Shown in pieces: positions 60,566-64,000 of a stretch of 64,000 nucleotides of DNA. A program made the translations under genes and the position numbers. Numbering within the stretch: the stretch's first letter is position 1; every line of letters begins with the position of its first letter. The stretch covers positions 56,980,001 to 57,044,000 of the forward strand of contig NC_045697.1 of the NCBI RefSeq assembly GCF_009834535.1, written 5' to 3'. The DNA is from Camelus ferus (taxonomy: Eukaryota). The notes beneath the pieces are model-generated. The model made no database searches and had not been told where the DNA came from. It saw only the letters and a list, made by a program, of their open reading frames with translations.

Positions 60566-62379
60566 TTTGAAGTTTTGATAGCCTTCCAGAAATTGCCAGC
60601 TTTGGTTCACTCTCCAAAATCTTAAGGTTGTTCTATTTGTTTTTGTATTTAATCTAGACTTTGAGTTATTCTGTGAGGAACAGCCAATCAGGCATTTATT
60701 CACTCATACCAACAACTGAATTGCTCTCCACATCAATTTTAGTTTTAAAAATATTTCAGATAATCATGTTAAGAACATGTAAGTTTAGACTATTCTTTCT
60801 TTCTGTTGAATTTTTTCCCTTACCTAGTGACTCCATCATCAATAACACTAAAAAAAAGCCAAAATAAGCCTTATTTGTGTTTATATATGCCTAGACTATC
60901 CATTTAAATCTTTTTATTTTCAACTTTTCAGGATTCTAATTTTTATTTGTATGTATGTGTGCTAGGCAGGCACAGCTGGATTTTATTTTCCAGTAACAAT
61001 TATCTTTACTTTTCTGAAGTCAGCATTTAGCTCATTTGAAACTATAAATACTTATTAATATAGTTGGGATTGTTTCCAACATCTTAATTCTTTTTAAATT
61101 TTCTATTCTGTGTACTTTCTATTTGCCTATTTTCTTCATTTTATAATTAGTTATATTTTGTTTGGGGGTTTATTTTAATTTCTTTTTATTCAGAGTTTTC
61201 TTCTTCTGATTTGAAATTTACTCCTCTTTTTGTATGATTTAAATTTGAAATTTTGCAAGATTATTACACATAAAAACTGTGAAACTTCCAATGGAGATAA
61301 ACTTACTATTATTATTTTATGCAGTGAATCATTTAAATAAATGTAGATGCATGCTATTTAATTCTTTCTTCATTTCTTCTTGCCTTTTAAAGTATCTTTC
61401 AGGAGTTATCTTCCTTCACTCTGAAATACATCCTTAAAAGCTGCTTCAGAAAATTTCTATTTGTGCTGTATGCTCTCAGTTGGCTTTAATTGTCTTTCAA
61501 TCTTTTTTTCAACAGAACAAATGATGTCTCATTTTCACCTTTTTTCTGATTACTAATTAGTTTAAGCATGGTTTCATATTATTTTTAGCTTATTTCTTTT
61601 TATTACAGACCTTAAAGTCCTTTATTTTTTGATTTCATTCCATTGTCTTTATGTCACTTGACTATTTTCATACATATTAGACATTGCTCCCTTGTCATTT
61701 TCATACATTACAGTTACCTTCCAATCTGTCATATATATTTATTAACTTTTCATTGTGTCCTTCAGTAAACAGAAATCGTTTGTCGTTGTTGCTAAATTCA
61801 TTTTTTGCCATGACAGTTATAAAGAATTATTTATGAAGCCCTTTTGCACATTTATGTCACAGAAAAATTATGTCACAAAAATATTGTTTCTTTTATTGAT
61901 TTTCAGATTTAAGACCTATAGTTAATTCTATGTTTTTCACTTACGTATGTAGTATTCTGAAAGGATTTAGTATTTTTATTTGTTTGGTTTTCCTCTTTAT
62001 TTTTAGCCATTCTTCCCAGCATCAATACTAATACATCTTTCTTTTTCTCCTATTGAATAGTAGTACAAATTATACCACATACTTATACCCCATGTTTTTT
62101 TCTAATTAGTTATGCCAAGGATATATCTATATTACTAATCTTTTTGAAGACTTGGTTTCATTACATTTCTTTATTTTCTTGTCTTCTCTGTTTCACTTAT
62201 TGCTGCCTTTTCCTTTAACATTGCTATCTTCCTATTTTAAATATCCTGAGATATTCTTTTTACAATTTTCTGAGTTGACTGCTCAGCTCATTAATTTATT
62301 ATTTCATTTGATTCCTGTTAAGTTAATATAGTTATTTTATCTAAGTTCTGATTTTGTTTTATCTTATAAATTTATTTTT

Positions 62380-62989
62380 AAATAAACTATTGAAGCATAG
62401 CATATCTAAAGAAAAATGAGGAGTCATTGGTGTATATTCCATGATGCTTTAGAGTGAAAATACTCTCATAACCATTCAACATATCAAAATATAAAATACT
62501 ACCTGCACCTCAGAAACTTGGATCATGTCACTTCCTGCTCTCAAATTGTTCAAGTTTCTACCACTACGTATTACATTTGCTTGTTTTTGAACTTTTTATA
62601 AAGAATGAATCATAAAAAAATTTTGTCATTTGCTCATTTTTTCTGAGAGATATAAACATATTGTTTATTGTTGTAACAGTTAGTCATTTTTATTTGTATA
62701 AAATTGCAGTATAAAATGTATATAATTTATCTGTTCTATTCTTAATGGCCACTTAGGTTATTTCAGTACTGTAGGTCACAAGGTCTGCTTTCCTAACTAG
62801 GGTCAATCATTATCCAAAGTAATTGCAGCAACTTACACCTCCATTTCACTCTAACAAGCACAATTATACTGCAACCTTTCTAACTCCTGGCTGATTTCTT
62901 ATTTAATTATTTTTCTATGTCATATATCATTTAATTTATGCATGACATACATCATTTAAATTGTATTTATCCTATACATATCAATTATC

Positions 62990-63029
<40 letters not shown>

Positions 63030-63530
63030 CACACATATATATAACCTTATATCTTATTTTGTGAAATACATTTAAAAAGTTTTCTGCCCATGATGGGCTA
63101 GGGGTGAGGGCATTCAATTGTTTTCACTTTCTTTTGTGGAAGTTCATTAAATATTCTGGTTTCAATATTTCTGTGAATGTATGTATTACAAATATAATTC
63201 CCTAACCAATGGCTTTCTTTTTTTATACTGTCATAGTATATTTGATGAACAAAAGTTTACAGTGCTGAGTAATCAAATTTATCATTCTTATTTTATATAG
63301 TTAGTGCTTTTTATAGTGGAAAGTAGATTTTCCTCATTTAAGTTATTAAGACATATTTCTATTTTATGTTTTAAATCTTCTATTGTTTATCTGCCTCACT
63401 TAGAGCTGCAATCATCCATAATTTTTTACACTAATGTTAAGTAAAGATTAGGTTCACTGATTTATTCCATAAGGTTAGTCAATGGACCTAGCACTATTTA
63501 ATAAAAATAGGATCATTTTCCTACTATCCC
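62380..63530 (-). mobile_element. Old L1 (L1ME-type) remnant
   Basis: ttgtttttgaactt..ata...tttgatgaacaaaagttt...agtaatcaaatttatca. Confidence 0.65.
62990..63029. repeat. (TG)12(TA)8 compound microsatellite
   Basis: Read directly from sequence. Confidence 0.95.
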
Positions 63531-64000
63531 CAAGAAAAAACCAAAATTTTCTCAAAAGAAAACCAACCATAAACAGTTAATATAATCATATTACCCTAAA
63601 AAATTTAACATTAATTTAAAAATAATGATTTCTTCTCTAGGACAATCTGAAGCATAGCTAATTGCACAAATAAACAACTAAAATATTTTATATGACATGA
63701 TATAAATAATAAGCATAAAAATCTATTTAGATTACATTTGGTACAGGTCAACAGACCATATGAAACTATATACAACTTTGTACTTATGATCAATATTACA
63801 ACATGAAATCAAAAATTTATTTTTCATTTTGTGAAGTTAACAAAGTTTCCATTAATCAAAGTTAGTTAAATATTTATTAGGGTTTCCTATTAGCCTCAGA
63901 GTTGACTCCATATCATATAGTCTTAGATCAATTAAATTTTTATACTTTAGCTTATACTTTTATTGCTTCGTCATACCATTTTAATTGCCCTTCCTTTCTA

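Overview
AT-rich, CpG-poor mammalian genomic DNA. The + strand carries the 3' ten coding exons of TECRL (trans-2,3-enoyl-CoA reductase-like; exons 3-12 in human numbering). They span 3685-37848, total 806 nt including the stop, use GT-AG boundaries throughout and splice into one continuous reading frame. A 3' UTR follows, then about 23 kb of gene-free DNA rich in old L1, L2, MIR, MaLR/ERV LTR and DNA-transposon remnants. The youngest L1 3' ends, and the absence of recognisable ruminant, pig, carnivore or primate SINEs, suggest a camelid genome (inference). Apart from pieces overlapping TECRL exons, the ORF track looks like noise. I found no convincing new multi-gene system. The most interesting structures are: a direct-duplication plus inverted-duplication scar in intron 4; a pair of inverted young L1 tails flanking exon 5; a (GT)25 tract abutting the exon 7 branch point; and loss of basic cofactor-binding residues in TECRL relative to TECR. 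Repeat family names and comparisons to human proteins are from memory and need confirming with RepeatMasker/Dfam and alignments.
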